The notes: generated from the letters alone by a model not told the origin. DNA of 64,000 nucleotides from Sphingomonadales bacterium (GCA_016872175.1 VHBA01000007.1:48-64047), one strand, 5' to 3'; shown: positions 1 through 8,879, counted from the stretch's first letter. Translations and numbers: made by a program.

Positions 1-264
1 CAGCATCACCATAAGCCCTTTGCTGTGTGCCTCGTCCAATATACGCTGTGCTTCATCAATTCCCCACGTGCGGATGGTATTGCCACCGCACTCAACCAAA
101 AGATCAAGCTGGACAGTACCGCCGGCTCCCTTGATATAATAGGGCTGTCCGTTTTTGAGCAATTGCCATTGTCCGTTTTTTTGGGTAAGCGAAACTTTGG
201 CAGGCTGGGCTGCACTAGACAATTGCGCTGCCATAAAAACGAGTATGACTGCGATAACTCTCAC
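1..264 (-). CDS. Secreted TIM-barrel glycoside-hydrolase-like protein; only the N-terminal 88 codons are present because the gene runs off the left edge
   Basis: Absent from the ORF track because there is no stop codon in the window. My translation of the minus strand from GTG at 264 gives MRVIAVILVFMAAQLSSAAQPAKVSLTQKNGQWQLLKNGQPYYIKGAGGTVQLDLLVECGGNTIRTWGIDEAQRILDEAHSKGLMVML. This is a signal peptide followed by a 'YYIKGAGG..GGNTIRTW..AH..GL' pattern that I associate with clan GH-A hydrolase N-termini. The GTG overlaps the upstream TGA stop (GTGA). Confidence 0.5.
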   Translation of the reverse strand, partial: MRVIAVILVFMAAQLSSAAQPAKVSLTQKNGQWQLLKNGQPYYIKGAGGTVQLDLLVECGGNTIRTWGIDEAQRILDEAHSKGLMVML

Positions 265-959
265 TGCAGAATACCTCCTTCAAATCCAAGCTGCTTGGCT
301 TTTGAGGCGTTGTAGCGGTATAGCATGGCAGGGCGATGGGTTACGTTTTTCTGAAGTTTGCCGGTTTCCTCAATAATTCCAGAAGACAATATCTTTTTTC
401 TGAAGTTTCTTACGTCAAATTCTTCTTCCAAAATGGATTCATGAATAAACTGCAGTGCGGTAAGGGTAAAATATTTGGGCAGCAGTTCAAACACCAGTGG
501 TTGCGTACGAATTCTGTTTTTCAGCAGACGACGTGCGTATTCCAATATTTCACGGTGATCAAAAGGAAGTTTAGGAATTTCAGTAACCTTAAACCAAGCC
601 ACATCCTTGGCCCAGGAAGCGGCTTGCGGATGGTAATTTTCTACCTTGATAAGGGCGAAATAAGCAATGGTAAATACGCGTCCAAAGGGGTGCCTGTCTA
701 CACTTCCAAAGGTTTGTATCTGCTCCATATAAACCTGATCCAGCCCGGTGAGTTGTTTCAAAATTTTCTCGGCTGAATATTCAAGGTCCATTTCAGGTGA
801 TATCAAATCACCCGGCAATGCCCATGAACCGGTAAAAGGTTCAGAACCACGGAAAATAAGAAGAACCTTGAGACCATCGGCGTCAAAACCAAACACTACG
901 TTGTCTACGGACACAGCAACATTGAAGTATTGCTTGAGAATTTTCTTGAGATTTTTCAT
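261..959 (-). CDS. NrtR/AraR-family transcriptional regulator (N-terminal Nudix-like domain plus C-terminal winged-helix domain)
   Basis: 232 aa. The N-terminus 'VDNVVFGF..LKVLLI.R...PF.G.WALPGD' is a Nudix fold, and the C-terminal 'ELLPKYFTLTALQFIHESILEEEFDVRNFRKKI' is the wHTH typical of NrtR-family regulators. Confidence 0.7.
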   Translation of the reverse strand: MKNLKKILKQYFNVAVSVDNVVFGFDADGLKVLLIFRGSEPFTGSWALPGDLISPEMDLEYSAEKILKQLTGLDQVYMEQIQTFGSVDRHPFGRVFTIAYFALIKVENYHPQAASWAKDVAWFKVTEIPKLPFDHREILEYARRLLKNRIRTQPLVFELLPKYFTLTALQFIHESILEEEFDVRNFRKKILSSGIIEETGKLQKNVTHRPAMLYRYNASKAKQLGFEGGILQ

Positions 960-975
960 AGCTCAGAGGCAAATA

Positions 976-994
976 TATTGTAAAAAGTACAATA
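976..994. promoter_or_regulatory. Perfect palindrome tATTGTA-N5-TACAATa, candidate operator of the adjacent NrtR-like regulator
   Basis: Read directly: ATTGTA (977-982), aaaag, TACAAT (988-993), flanked by a T/A pair. It lies 17 nt upstream of the regulator start codon (959, - strand), in the divergent region shared with the DUF1573 genes. Confidence 0.45.
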
Positions 995-1172
995 ATTACC
1001 ATTCCCAAAAATGATAAGCCTTTTGGACGTTTTTATTGAACAAATTTCTGAGTTCTTTTTGTTCCCAAAAGAGTGCTCTTTACCGGAAGCAATTTGCCGT
1101 TTTTTCATTCCGGCGTATTCCCAAAATATTTTTGGTACAGTTGTTGATATTTTTTTGCAAAACAACAAAACC

Positions 1173-1586
1173 ATGAAAAAAATTTTTACGATCGGATTTG
1201 CTGCCATGGCCGCCACTGCCATGCTGGTAGCAGGTATTAAGCAAAACGAAACCATCAAGTGGAACAAGTCTACCCACGATTTCGGAACCGTTAAAATGGG
1301 TCCTCCCGCTGACGTAACGTTCACTTTCACCAACAATGGCAAAGCGCCTGTGATAATCACCGCCGCTGCTCCGAGCTGTGGCTGCACCACGCCTACTTAC
1401 ACCAAAACTCCGGTCATGCCCGGCAAAACCGGTGAAGTTAAGGCTAGCTACGGAACTGAAGGCCGCCCCGGTTTCTTCCAGAAATCTGTTAAGGTATCTT
1501 TCGACAACGGCGCCAGCACCGACCTTACCATCACCGGCACTGTATCTACCGAAAGCCCTGCCGATAACGGAACCCAGTTGAAATAA
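1173..1586 (+). CDS. DUF1573 (ASH/HYDIN-like) secreted protein, paralogue 1
   Basis: The internal ATG at 1173 gives MKKIFTIGFAAMAATAMLVAG (signal peptide). 'HDFGTVKMG..VTFTFTNNGKAPVII.....SCGCTTP.Y.K.PV.PGKTG' is the DUF1573 signature. The upstream in-frame extension from 1011 is unlikely to be real. Confidence 0.8.
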   Translation: MKKIFTIGFAAMAATAMLVAGIKQNETIKWNKSTHDFGTVKMGPPADVTFTFTNNGKAPVIITAAAPSCGCTTPTYTKTPVMPGKTGEVKASYGTEGRPGFFQKSVKVSFDNGASTDLTITGTVSTESPADNGTQLK

Positions 1587-1608
1587 TTCTCTAAGGAATA
1601 GAAGCGTT

Positions 1609-2037
1609 ATGAAAAAGCTCCTTGTCTCGCTCATGCTCGCCGCCGCTTTCGGCAGCGCCGTTGCCCAGGATCAACCCGCGGCAACCCCCGCAAGCAATGC
1701 CAAAGTGAAATTTGAAAACATCACCCACAACTTTGGGAATGTAATTGAAGGCCAGATTGCCCGTTATGATTTCAAATTCACAAACACAGGTACCGACCCG
1801 CTGGTACTGAGCAATGTGCAGGCCAGCTGCGGTTGCACCTCGCCCAAGTGGCCCCGCGAAGCCATCGTGCCCGGTGCTTCGGCTGTGCTTACCGCAGAAT
1901 ACAACAGCTCGGGTCGCCCCGGCAACTTTACCAAAAACATTTTTGTCTACAGCAATGGCGGTGATGTAACCCTTACTGTCACCGGTATTGTGGTGAAAGA
2001 ACCCGAAAAACCCAAATCTGTAATTATTGGAAACTAA
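1609..2037 (+). CDS. DUF1573 secreted protein, paralogue 2
   Basis: Signal peptide MKKLLVSLMLAAAFGSAVAQ, then 'HNFGNVIEG....DFKFTNTGTDPLVLSNVQASCGCTSPKWP'. Confidence 0.8.
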   Translation: MKKLLVSLMLAAAFGSAVAQDQPAATPASNAKVKFENITHNFGNVIEGQIARYDFKFTNTGTDPLVLSNVQASCGCTSPKWPREAIVPGASAVLTAEYNSSGRPGNFTKNIFVYSNGGDVTLTVTGIVVKEPEKPKSVIIGN

Positions 2038-2046
2038 ATAGTTCAA

Positions 2047-2069
2047 GGGCCGGTTCATCCGGCCTTTTT
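2047..2069 (+). terminator. Rho-independent terminator after DUF1573 paralogue 2
   Basis: GGCCGG (2048-2053), loop ttcat, CCGGCC (2059-2064), followed by TTTTT (2065-2069). Confidence 0.6.
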
Positions 2070-2076
2070 CTTACCC

Positions 2077-2496
2077 ATGAAAAACATCCTTTTGCTATTA
2101 TCGCTGTTGGTTTTTGGTCACGTTGCAAGGGCCCAAGAAACACGCATAGAAACGATGAGTGGCGACACCCTGAATTTCGGAACCTGCAACCTCGGCGATA
2201 CCATTGAGGCGGTATTTGCGTTTGTAGTGAAAGGCACGAAGAAACTCCTGATACGGCAGGTACACCCCGGCTGCCAGTGTACGGTGCCCATGTACCCAAA
2301 AGATAGTATGCCGCCCGGCACCAAAGATTCCATTGTGCTGGCACTGCACACCCGCAACCTACACGCAGGGCCCGTGGAGAAATTTGCCATTGTCATCAAC
2401 ACCGGCCCTGAAAGAATTTTTTACCTGAAGGGAGAAATTATGGGGCATGGTTTGGCTCCGCCAAAGAGAAGGGTGGTGCGGGCCGGAGACTTGTAG
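2077..2496 (+). CDS. DUF1573 secreted protein, paralogue 3 (more divergent)
   Basis: Signal peptide MKNILLLLSLLVFGHVARAQ, then 'LNFGTCNLGDTIEAVFAFVVKGTKKLLIRQVHPGCQCTVPMYPKDSMPPG'. Confidence 0.7.
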   Translation: MKNILLLLSLLVFGHVARAQETRIETMSGDTLNFGTCNLGDTIEAVFAFVVKGTKKLLIRQVHPGCQCTVPMYPKDSMPPGTKDSIVLALHTRNLHAGPVEKFAIVINTGPERIFYLKGEIMGHGLAPPKRRVVRAGDL

Positions 2497-2520
2497 ACCA
2501 GACCACCTCAAACATGTGTA

Positions 2521-3390
2521 TCACATCTGTTTCAAAAACGCCTCGCTGAACAACCCCATGCTGCCGCCGGTGTGCAGAAACACGCCCCTGCCCGGCAAGG
2601 CTAAATCCCGCAGGGCCCAAAGCGCCTTGCCTGTATACACCGGATCAAATAAAATGCCCGTTTGTGCAATGGTATTTTTTACAAAATCCATGAGCGGTTC
2701 CGTGGTCTTGGCGTAGCCACCAAAGGCAAACCCATCCAGGACTTCAACGATTTCCGACAGCCCCACTTCTTGTATTAACTGCCTTTGTTCCCCTGCATTG
2801 TTGAGCACCGCCACGGCATACACAAGCGTCTTGTAACCGCAGGCCTGTATTCCTTTACCAAGCCCAATGGCCGTGGTGGCAGTGGCCGAGGCGTGCAGAA
2901 TGTAATTGGGGGCAAAAGGTAAGCCTTTCACGATACCGGCAACACCCTCCCAGGCTGCTTCTCCTGCCCCGCCCTCTGCAATGCAATACGCGTTGGGTTC
3001 TTCGTCAAAATAGCGGGTAAACAATTCCTGTTTATGGCGGTATTGCTCTCTTGAAACAGGTATCAGCTGCATACCATACAGCCGTGCTGCCCTGAGGTAG
3101 TGGTTGTCTATGGGCTCATCGGCGCGCAAAAATGCGGTGGTTTGCAAACCCAGAATGGCACCTGCCGCGGCCGTGGCCAGTAAATGGTTGCTATAGGCAC
3201 CGCCAAAAGTTACCAAACGGGTTTTGTCTTCCTGTTGTGCATACAATATGTGATATTGCAGTTTGCGCCATTTGTTGCCGCTCACCAACGGATGGATCAG
3301 GTCATCGCGCTGAATGTACACATCGCCTTTAATACCCTTTACTTTAAGGGGTTGCAGGGGTGCATGCAGGTTATCGAATTCGGAGCTCAC
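2521..3390 (-). CDS. PLP-dependent 1-aminocyclopropane-1-carboxylate deaminase / D-cysteine desulfhydrase family protein
   Basis: 289 aa. 'IQRDDLIHPLVSGNKWRKL' contains the PLP lysine motif, and 'FGGAYSNHLLATAAAG' also fits the family. Confidence 0.75.
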   Translation of the reverse strand: MSSEFDNLHAPLQPLKVKGIKGDVYIQRDDLIHPLVSGNKWRKLQYHILYAQQEDKTRLVTFGGAYSNHLLATAAAGAILGLQTTAFLRADEPIDNHYLRAARLYGMQLIPVSREQYRHKQELFTRYFDEEPNAYCIAEGGAGEAAWEGVAGIVKGLPFAPNYILHASATATTAIGLGKGIQACGYKTLVYAVAVLNNAGEQRQLIQEVGLSEIVEVLDGFAFGGYAKTTEPLMDFVKNTIAQTGILFDPVYTGKALWALRDLALPGRGVFLHTGGSMGLFSEAFLKQM

Positions 3391-5225
3391 TTTGGTTGAG
3401 CTTCACGGATAATATCGGCAATGCTGCCTGCAGCCACGGCATGGTAACCTTTTCGGGCTTCGCTAAAAATCTGCTCCGCCAATGCCTTGCCCTTGCTGGT
3501 TTTCACAAGGTTCTTGTAAATAGGCAGCAAAAACTTGCGCCTACCCACCGATTTCAGAAACGTTGCCATTTCTGGAAAGGCTGCGTCATAACCGTTTTTC
3601 ACCGACAGGGTGTACCAAACGCAGGCAACTTCGGCATTGCCAATGCCGGTAAAAGAAAATGTCTTGTCCAGTGCCGCCATTTCATCAACACTGAGTAGCG
3701 GCATGCCACGCAGCAAAAACAACCAGTGGTGGGTGGTGTATCCCTTGGTGTCAATATCGGTGGGGTTTTTAGATTTTGTGTACAGTGCTATGGCATCTTT
3801 TACGCGCTGCCATTCCTTGCTGTTTACCACGGGGGCATCCTTGGGCAAACCCGTACCATAAATCCAGGTATCCAGATCAATTTTCCCGGGATGTTTATTC
3901 AGCAGTTTTTCATTGAGGTATGCCACAAACTTTGTTGTGTTCATGGTCTTGAAAGTGTAGGTTTTGAAGTAATCGTTCAAAAACGCATCCCAGGCAGATC
4001 TGCCCACCACTTCCTCTATTCTGCGCAGGAAAAAGCGGCCTTTTTCGTAGGCAATGTCGGTCACACCGTCATCGGGGTTGCGGCCGTCGAGGTTTAAAAA
4101 GAGTTTGGTATCGTCGGGTGCCTCCTGCATCATATCATCCAGAGTGTGTTGCAATTCACCGCGGCCAATCCCGGCCAGCATTTCGGCGTAATCGTGCCCG
4201 TAAATTTTCTCCATGATGCGCTGTTCGAAATACACGGTGAACCCCTCGTTCAGCCAGAAATCGCTCCAGGTTTCGTTGGTCACCAGGTTGCCACTCCAGC
4301 TGTGGGCCAGTTCGTGTGCCACTAAACTCACCAGACTGCGATCTCCGGCAATGATGGTGGGCGTGGCAAAGGTCAGCACCGGATTTTCCATACCTCCAAA
4401 TGGGAAACTAGGAGGCAGCACCAGCACATCGTAACGGCCCCAGACATAAGGCCCGTAAAGCGCTTCGGCACTGTCTATCATGCCCTGCATATCAGCCAAC
4501 TCCCACACACATTTTTTCAGCATGCCCGGCTCGGCATACACACCGCTGTTGCGCCCCAGCGATGTAAACTCCACATCGCCCACCGCGAGCGCCATCAGGT
4601 AGCTGGGTATGGGTTTGGTTTGTTTGAAGGTGTATTTGCCGTCTTTTCTTTTGGCCGTGGGGTTTTCAGCGCTCATCATCGCCATCAGGTGGGGCGGCAC
4701 TTCTATGGTTGCGTCATAGATAAATCGCACAGCCGGACAGTCCTGCAGGGGAATCCAGGTGCGGGCCAGAATCGCCTGGCTTTGCGAAAACAAGAAAGGA
4801 TGCTTTTTATCGTGGGTTTGCTCAGGACTCAGCCATTGCAATGCCTCCGATTCGGGCAGGGTGTGGTAGGCAACAGATACTTCCTTGGTTTCAGCCGTGA
4901 TGGGAATAATGAGTGCAGCACCCAAAATGCTATCAAGCGGGCCAATTTCAAATTGCACATCTTTGTTATCAACAGCTACATTGTCCACTTTCAGTGTTTT
5001 GTGATCCAGAATGAGCTGCTTAGCTCCGGCAGTATTTTTGATTTTTAGGGTGGCCGTTCCCTGCAATTCTTTTTTATCAAAATCTGCCTTCAGGTTAAGG
5101 CTGAGGTGTGTTACCGCAACTTCCTTGTAATTGGAAAAACTATGGTTTTCAACTTTCATTTTTTTATTACTTTTGGTTGCACAGGCGCAGAGACAAATCG
5201 CTGCAGCGAGGAATAATGGTTTCAC
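3387..5225 (-). CDS. M1-family zinc aminopeptidase (leukotriene A4 hydrolase-like), lipoprotein
   Basis: 612 aa. It has GGMENP, HELAHSWSGN...WLNEGFT (HExxH-x18-E) and an N-terminal lipobox LCACA. There is a 4-nt overlap with the downstream gene. Confidence 0.9.
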   Translation of the reverse strand: MKPLFLAAAICLCACATKSNKKMKVENHSFSNYKEVAVTHLSLNLKADFDKKELQGTATLKIKNTAGAKQLILDHKTLKVDNVAVDNKDVQFEIGPLDSILGAALIIPITAETKEVSVAYHTLPESEALQWLSPEQTHDKKHPFLFSQSQAILARTWIPLQDCPAVRFIYDATIEVPPHLMAMMSAENPTAKRKDGKYTFKQTKPIPSYLMALAVGDVEFTSLGRNSGVYAEPGMLKKCVWELADMQGMIDSAEALYGPYVWGRYDVLVLPPSFPFGGMENPVLTFATPTIIAGDRSLVSLVAHELAHSWSGNLVTNETWSDFWLNEGFTVYFEQRIMEKIYGHDYAEMLAGIGRGELQHTLDDMMQEAPDDTKLFLNLDGRNPDDGVTDIAYEKGRFFLRRIEEVVGRSAWDAFLNDYFKTYTFKTMNTTKFVAYLNEKLLNKHPGKIDLDTWIYGTGLPKDAPVVNSKEWQRVKDAIALYTKSKNPTDIDTKGYTTHHWLFLLRGMPLLSVDEMAALDKTFSFTGIGNAEVACVWYTLSVKNGYDAAFPEMATFLKSVGRRKFLLPIYKNLVKTSKGKALAEQIFSEARKGYHAVAAGSIADIIREAQPK

Positions 5226-5309
5226 AGTGCAAATGTGGTGAAGGACAGGGAGAATTAAAAATGGAATTCCTTAATTGTCCAACTTCAGATACTGCTGCGA
5301 GGGGTCTAA

Positions 5310-6812
5310 TCAATCCCAACCATAAAACGGCTTGGCCACCGATTTCCACTCAGCCTCGCTGCGGATAACATACACATGCATATTGGCAAACGTACCACCA
5401 CGGCCCAGTACATACATCCAGTCCGGAAGAGCATATTGTTTGGGCTGGTAAATGGCTCTAATGCCCAGTTCCGGATGCGGTACATCCGTCAAAAAATAGA
5501 TGCTGTCGTATTCCCCAAACCCAAAATGATCGGGTGAAGTAGTATGCGTGAAATCTACGTTGTGGTGCTTTGCAGCGTAATACAACCCAATTTCATTACC
5601 ATATATCAGGATTTTTCCTTGTTTGGGAACCTGTGATTCCAGAAACAGCAACGCTGCTTTGGGATCTCGCTCCGGACGCTGTATCAATCCAAGCGCATGG
5701 CGCGTAACAAACGGAAATATCATCAGCCCGGTAAGTGGCCAAACATATCGGCGTTTGAGATTAGGGAACAACCTTTTCTGCTCGTTTATCCAATTGGCCA
5801 CTATCCACAACCCTACCACATACATGGGCAAAAAATAGCGGTAATAGGGGCCCAAAAATAGCAGCCATACCAAACCCGCAAACAGCCACACAGCAGCAGG
5901 CAAAGCCCGTTTGGGTTGTGCCCTGAACTGCTTCCACGCAAGCCAGGTAACCCAGCCGTGTAATAGCGACAACCAGGGCTGCTCCTTGTATACCGGATAA
6001 AACCGGCCTATGAAATAATTGTAGATACGCACATGCAAACCTCCACCGGCACTATGTTCCATGCTGTGCTGAAACAACTGGGCATAAAGCTCGGTAATCC
6101 TAAAATCAATAAAAATGAGAAAACACAATGGCAATACCACCATGCCCATTACATAACCGGAGAGTCTTGGCCATGCAAAACCCTGCCAGGCGTACCAAAC
6201 TGATATTACGGCCACCACAGGCAAAAGCTTCAGGTGCGTGAGCAACATGGCCCCGCAGAGCAAACCCAGCAAAAAAGCCTGTAAGCCATTGCGCATAGGT
6301 TTTACGCGGGTATAAACCGCTATCCAGGCCACCAGCAATGCCACTTCTATCACCTCGCTCCGCACCGAGCGGCTGATTTCAAATACGGCCTTATCAAACA
6401 AAAAATACAGACAAAGCAACGCCGCCCATCGTGCATCCAGCTTGAGATTTTGCTTAAAAATCCTGAACAGCAGCCATGCCGAACAAACATGTATAAGTAA
6501 AAACGGCAAACGCACCCAAAATACATCAGGCGGAAAGACCGATAGCGTAAGGCGATGTAGCATCATAATGCCGGGTGGATAGCTCAGAAAAATCTGTTCG
6601 GTACCCGGTGTGGGCCAGGCCTTGCTGATATAATACCCGGTTCTTTGCCAAAGCACTGCCGGCTCCAGGCATGCGGCTTCATCAAGCCAAGGAATGGGAA
6701 TTACATCCAGGTTAATGAGCCCAAAAAAGAGATAAATTCCCAGAACCGCATAAAAGACGCGGGTTGCGGTAATTTTTCCCCTTAAAAAATGTTCGTTGTT
6801 TGTATTATTCAA
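5310..6812 (-). CDS. Polytopic GT-C-type (ArnT/PMT, GT39-like) membrane glycosyltransferase-like protein
   Basis: 500 aa with many hydrophobic segments. The first loop carries 'IPWLDEA', a DE motif as in GT-C enzymes. The family assignment rests on topology and motif only. Confidence 0.45.
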   Translation of the reverse strand: MNNTNNEHFLRGKITATRVFYAVLGIYLFFGLINLDVIPIPWLDEAACLEPAVLWQRTGYYISKAWPTPGTEQIFLSYPPGIMMLHRLTLSVFPPDVFWVRLPFLLIHVCSAWLLFRIFKQNLKLDARWAALLCLYFLFDKAVFEISRSVRSEVIEVALLVAWIAVYTRVKPMRNGLQAFLLGLLCGAMLLTHLKLLPVVAVISVWYAWQGFAWPRLSGYVMGMVVLPLCFLIFIDFRITELYAQLFQHSMEHSAGGGLHVRIYNYFIGRFYPVYKEQPWLSLLHGWVTWLAWKQFRAQPKRALPAAVWLFAGLVWLLFLGPYYRYFLPMYVVGLWIVANWINEQKRLFPNLKRRYVWPLTGLMIFPFVTRHALGLIQRPERDPKAALLFLESQVPKQGKILIYGNEIGLYYAAKHHNVDFTHTTSPDHFGFGEYDSIYFLTDVPHPELGIRAIYQPKQYALPDWMYVLGRGGTFANMHVYVIRSEAEWKSVAKPFYGWD

Positions 6813-7296
6813 ACTCTATCAGCGTTTGGTTCTTATCCACCGCCTGTCCTTTTTCCACCGCAATTCTGCCCACTTTGCCATCGCCGGCCGCCTTGATGAT
6901 ATTTTCCATTTTCATGGCCTCAAGCACCAGCAGTTTATCGCCTTTTTTCACTTCCTGTCCGGCTTCCACCAGAACATTAAGCACCAGGCCGGGCATAGGT
7001 GCTTTCACATGCGAAACCTTTGCTGTTGCCATTTTATCCAGTCCCATAGAGTGAAGCAGATCATCCAGCGGCTCTTTCAGGGTTACCGAAATGGTTTTAC
7101 CATTCAGTGAAATGGTGAGTGTTTTTTCTGCCCGGTTCAATTCCAGCAGGCGGGCTGTGAATACGCTACTACCCGCATGCAGCAGCAAACGGCCATCAGG
7201 CAATACAGAAACCGTGGCCTCCGGGTTGTTTTCGGGTGTCCAAACCCCGTCAATCTGCTCAAGTACCGTTTCCTGTCCCTGTATAATGGCTTTCAT
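6805..7296 (-). CDS. Stand-alone biotin/lipoyl-attachment (BCCP-like) protein
   Basis: 163 aa. The C-terminal 'VKAPMPG....V..G..V..GD.LLVLEAMKMEN.I.A...G' is the biotinyl-lysine motif EAMKM. There is an 8-nt overlap with the downstream GT-C gene. Confidence 0.8.
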   Translation of the reverse strand: MKAIIQGQETVLEQIDGVWTPENNPEATVSVLPDGRLLLHAGSSVFTARLLELNRAEKTLTISLNGKTISVTLKEPLDDLLHSMGLDKMATAKVSHVKAPMPGLVLNVLVEAGQEVKKGDKLLVLEAMKMENIIKAAGDGKVGRIAVEKGQAVDKNQTLIEFE

Positions 7297-7298
7297 GA

Positions 7299-8276
7299 TT
7301 AGCTTTCTCTCTCAATCACAAAAGTAACCAGATTTCGCAAATGTTCGCGGTTGGGTGTGGGTTTTGCCGCACGGTCAAGTATTTCGAATGCCTCATCGCG
7401 CAAGGCATACATACGTTCCCGCGCATAGTCAAGTCCGCCGTATTTTTCAATAAATGCCACGACTTCGCGAATTTTTTGCTTATCGGGTGTTTTGCTTCTG
7501 ATCAAACGTTTTATACTGCGCACCTCGCTGCCCGAGGCCTTGGAAAAGGCATGAATAACGGGCAGTGTCAGTTTTTTCTCTTTAATATCAATACCCGCGG
7601 GCTTTCCGGATTTATTGTCGCCAAAATCAAACAAATCGTCCCGAATCTGGAAGGCAAGTCCTATCAGTTCGCCGAAGCGGCGCATATCTTCCACGGTTTG
7701 TGTGTCCTGTCCGGCGGAAGCCGCACCAATAGAGCAACAGGAAGCAATTAGGCTGGCTGTTTTTTTGCGGATAATTTCAAAGTACACATCCTCCGTAACA
7801 TCCATAAAACGGGAACGTTCCAGCTGCAGAAGCTCTCCCTCGCTCATTTCACGAACGGCATTGGATACAATTTCCAGCAGGTCATAATCCTTATGTTCAA
7901 CAGATAGCAGCAGTCCTTTTGACAAAAGAAAATCGCCCACCAGCACGGCTATTTTATTCTTCCAAAGTGCGTTGATGCTGAAAAAACCGCGACGCTCATA
8001 GCTGTCATCCACCACATCATCATGCACGAGGGTAGCTGTATGCAAAAGCTCAACCAATGCGGCACCGCGGTAGGTTCTTTCACCAATTTCGGAGAACAAA
8101 GAAGCGCTGTATAGCACGAACATGGGCCTTACCTGCTTGCCTTTGCGGCGTACAATGTAGTTCATGATGGTATCCAGCAGTGGAACAGAGGTTTTCATAC
8201 TGCCCCGGAATTGTTTTTCAAACAGTTCCAGTTCAGCGGAAATAGGCTCCTTCAGCGACGATACCGTAATGCCCAT
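7299..8276 (-). CDS. trans-Polyprenyl diphosphate synthase (IspB/heptaprenyl-octaprenyl type)
   Basis: 'LLHTATLVHDDVVDD' (first DDxxD) and 'AFQIRDDLFDF' (second DDxxD). I place the start at the internal Met (MGITVSSLKEPI). The longer ORF to 8435 would overlap the divergent gene at 8340. Confidence 0.85.
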   Translation of the reverse strand: MGITVSSLKEPISAELELFEKQFRGSMKTSVPLLDTIMNYIVRRKGKQVRPMFVLYSASLFSEIGERTYRGAALVELLHTATLVHDDVVDDSYERRGFFSINALWKNKIAVLVGDFLLSKGLLLSVEHKDYDLLEIVSNAVREMSEGELLQLERSRFMDVTEDVYFEIIRKKTASLIASCCSIGAASAGQDTQTVEDMRRFGELIGLAFQIRDDLFDFGDNKSGKPAGIDIKEKKLTLPVIHAFSKASGSEVRSIKRLIRSKTPDKQKIREVVAFIEKYGGLDYARERMYALRDEAFEILDRAAKPTPNREHLRNLVTFVIERES

Positions 8277-8339
8277 AAAATCTACGGCAAAGCTACCATT
8301 TTTAACCGGCATTATATGGTTAAACACTAATTTTGTGGA

Positions 8340-8879
8340 ATGAAAACATTCATGCTGCTGTTCACTTTGATGGGAACAGTTCGCTACTGCTCTAGACCCA
8401 AAGAATACAAAATGCCTGCACAAAAAACCCACCACAATAAGCTAATTGCCAGTCTTCAGGCGGATTTACAATCGACAGATTCGCTGCAAAAAACAAATGC
8501 GGAAAAATTTGTGCAAAGCATTACCGCGGAATACTCAGCCTACAATCCCGATAATTCCATAGTAGCTGATTTGAAAAACAGATGGAATGATTCCATTTCT
8601 GTGAAGGTTATAGGCGGCAACTGGTGCAGCGATACTCGCCGAGAACTGCCAAGACTTTGCAAGTTACTGGATGCTGTGGGTGCCAATGCAGATTTGTTTG
8701 GATATTATAAAGTTGATAAAAATAAAAAGCCCGTAGAAAAGGACTTCGCAGCAGAACAAACAGTAACAAGGGTGCCTACAGTTTTTGTTTTTAGAGGCAA
8801 TAAATGGGTTGGGCAAATAGTAGAAACGCCGGGGAAAAGTTGGGAAAGTGATTTGAGTATGTTACTGTTTTTACATTGA
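8340..8879 (+). CDS. Thioredoxin-fold family protein
   Basis: 179 aa. 'VKVIGGNWCSDTRRELPRLCKLL' and '..TRVPTVFVFRGNKWVG' are thioredoxin-like fold elements. The catalytic CxxC is degenerate (WCSD). Confidence 0.55.
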   Translation: MKTFMLLFTLMGTVRYCSRPKEYKMPAQKTHHNKLIASLQADLQSTDSLQKTNAEKFVQSITAEYSAYNPDNSIVADLKNRWNDSISVKVIGGNWCSDTRRELPRLCKLLDAVGANADLFGYYKVDKNKKPVEKDFAAEQTVTRVPTVFVFRGNKWVGQIVETPGKSWESDLSMLLFLH

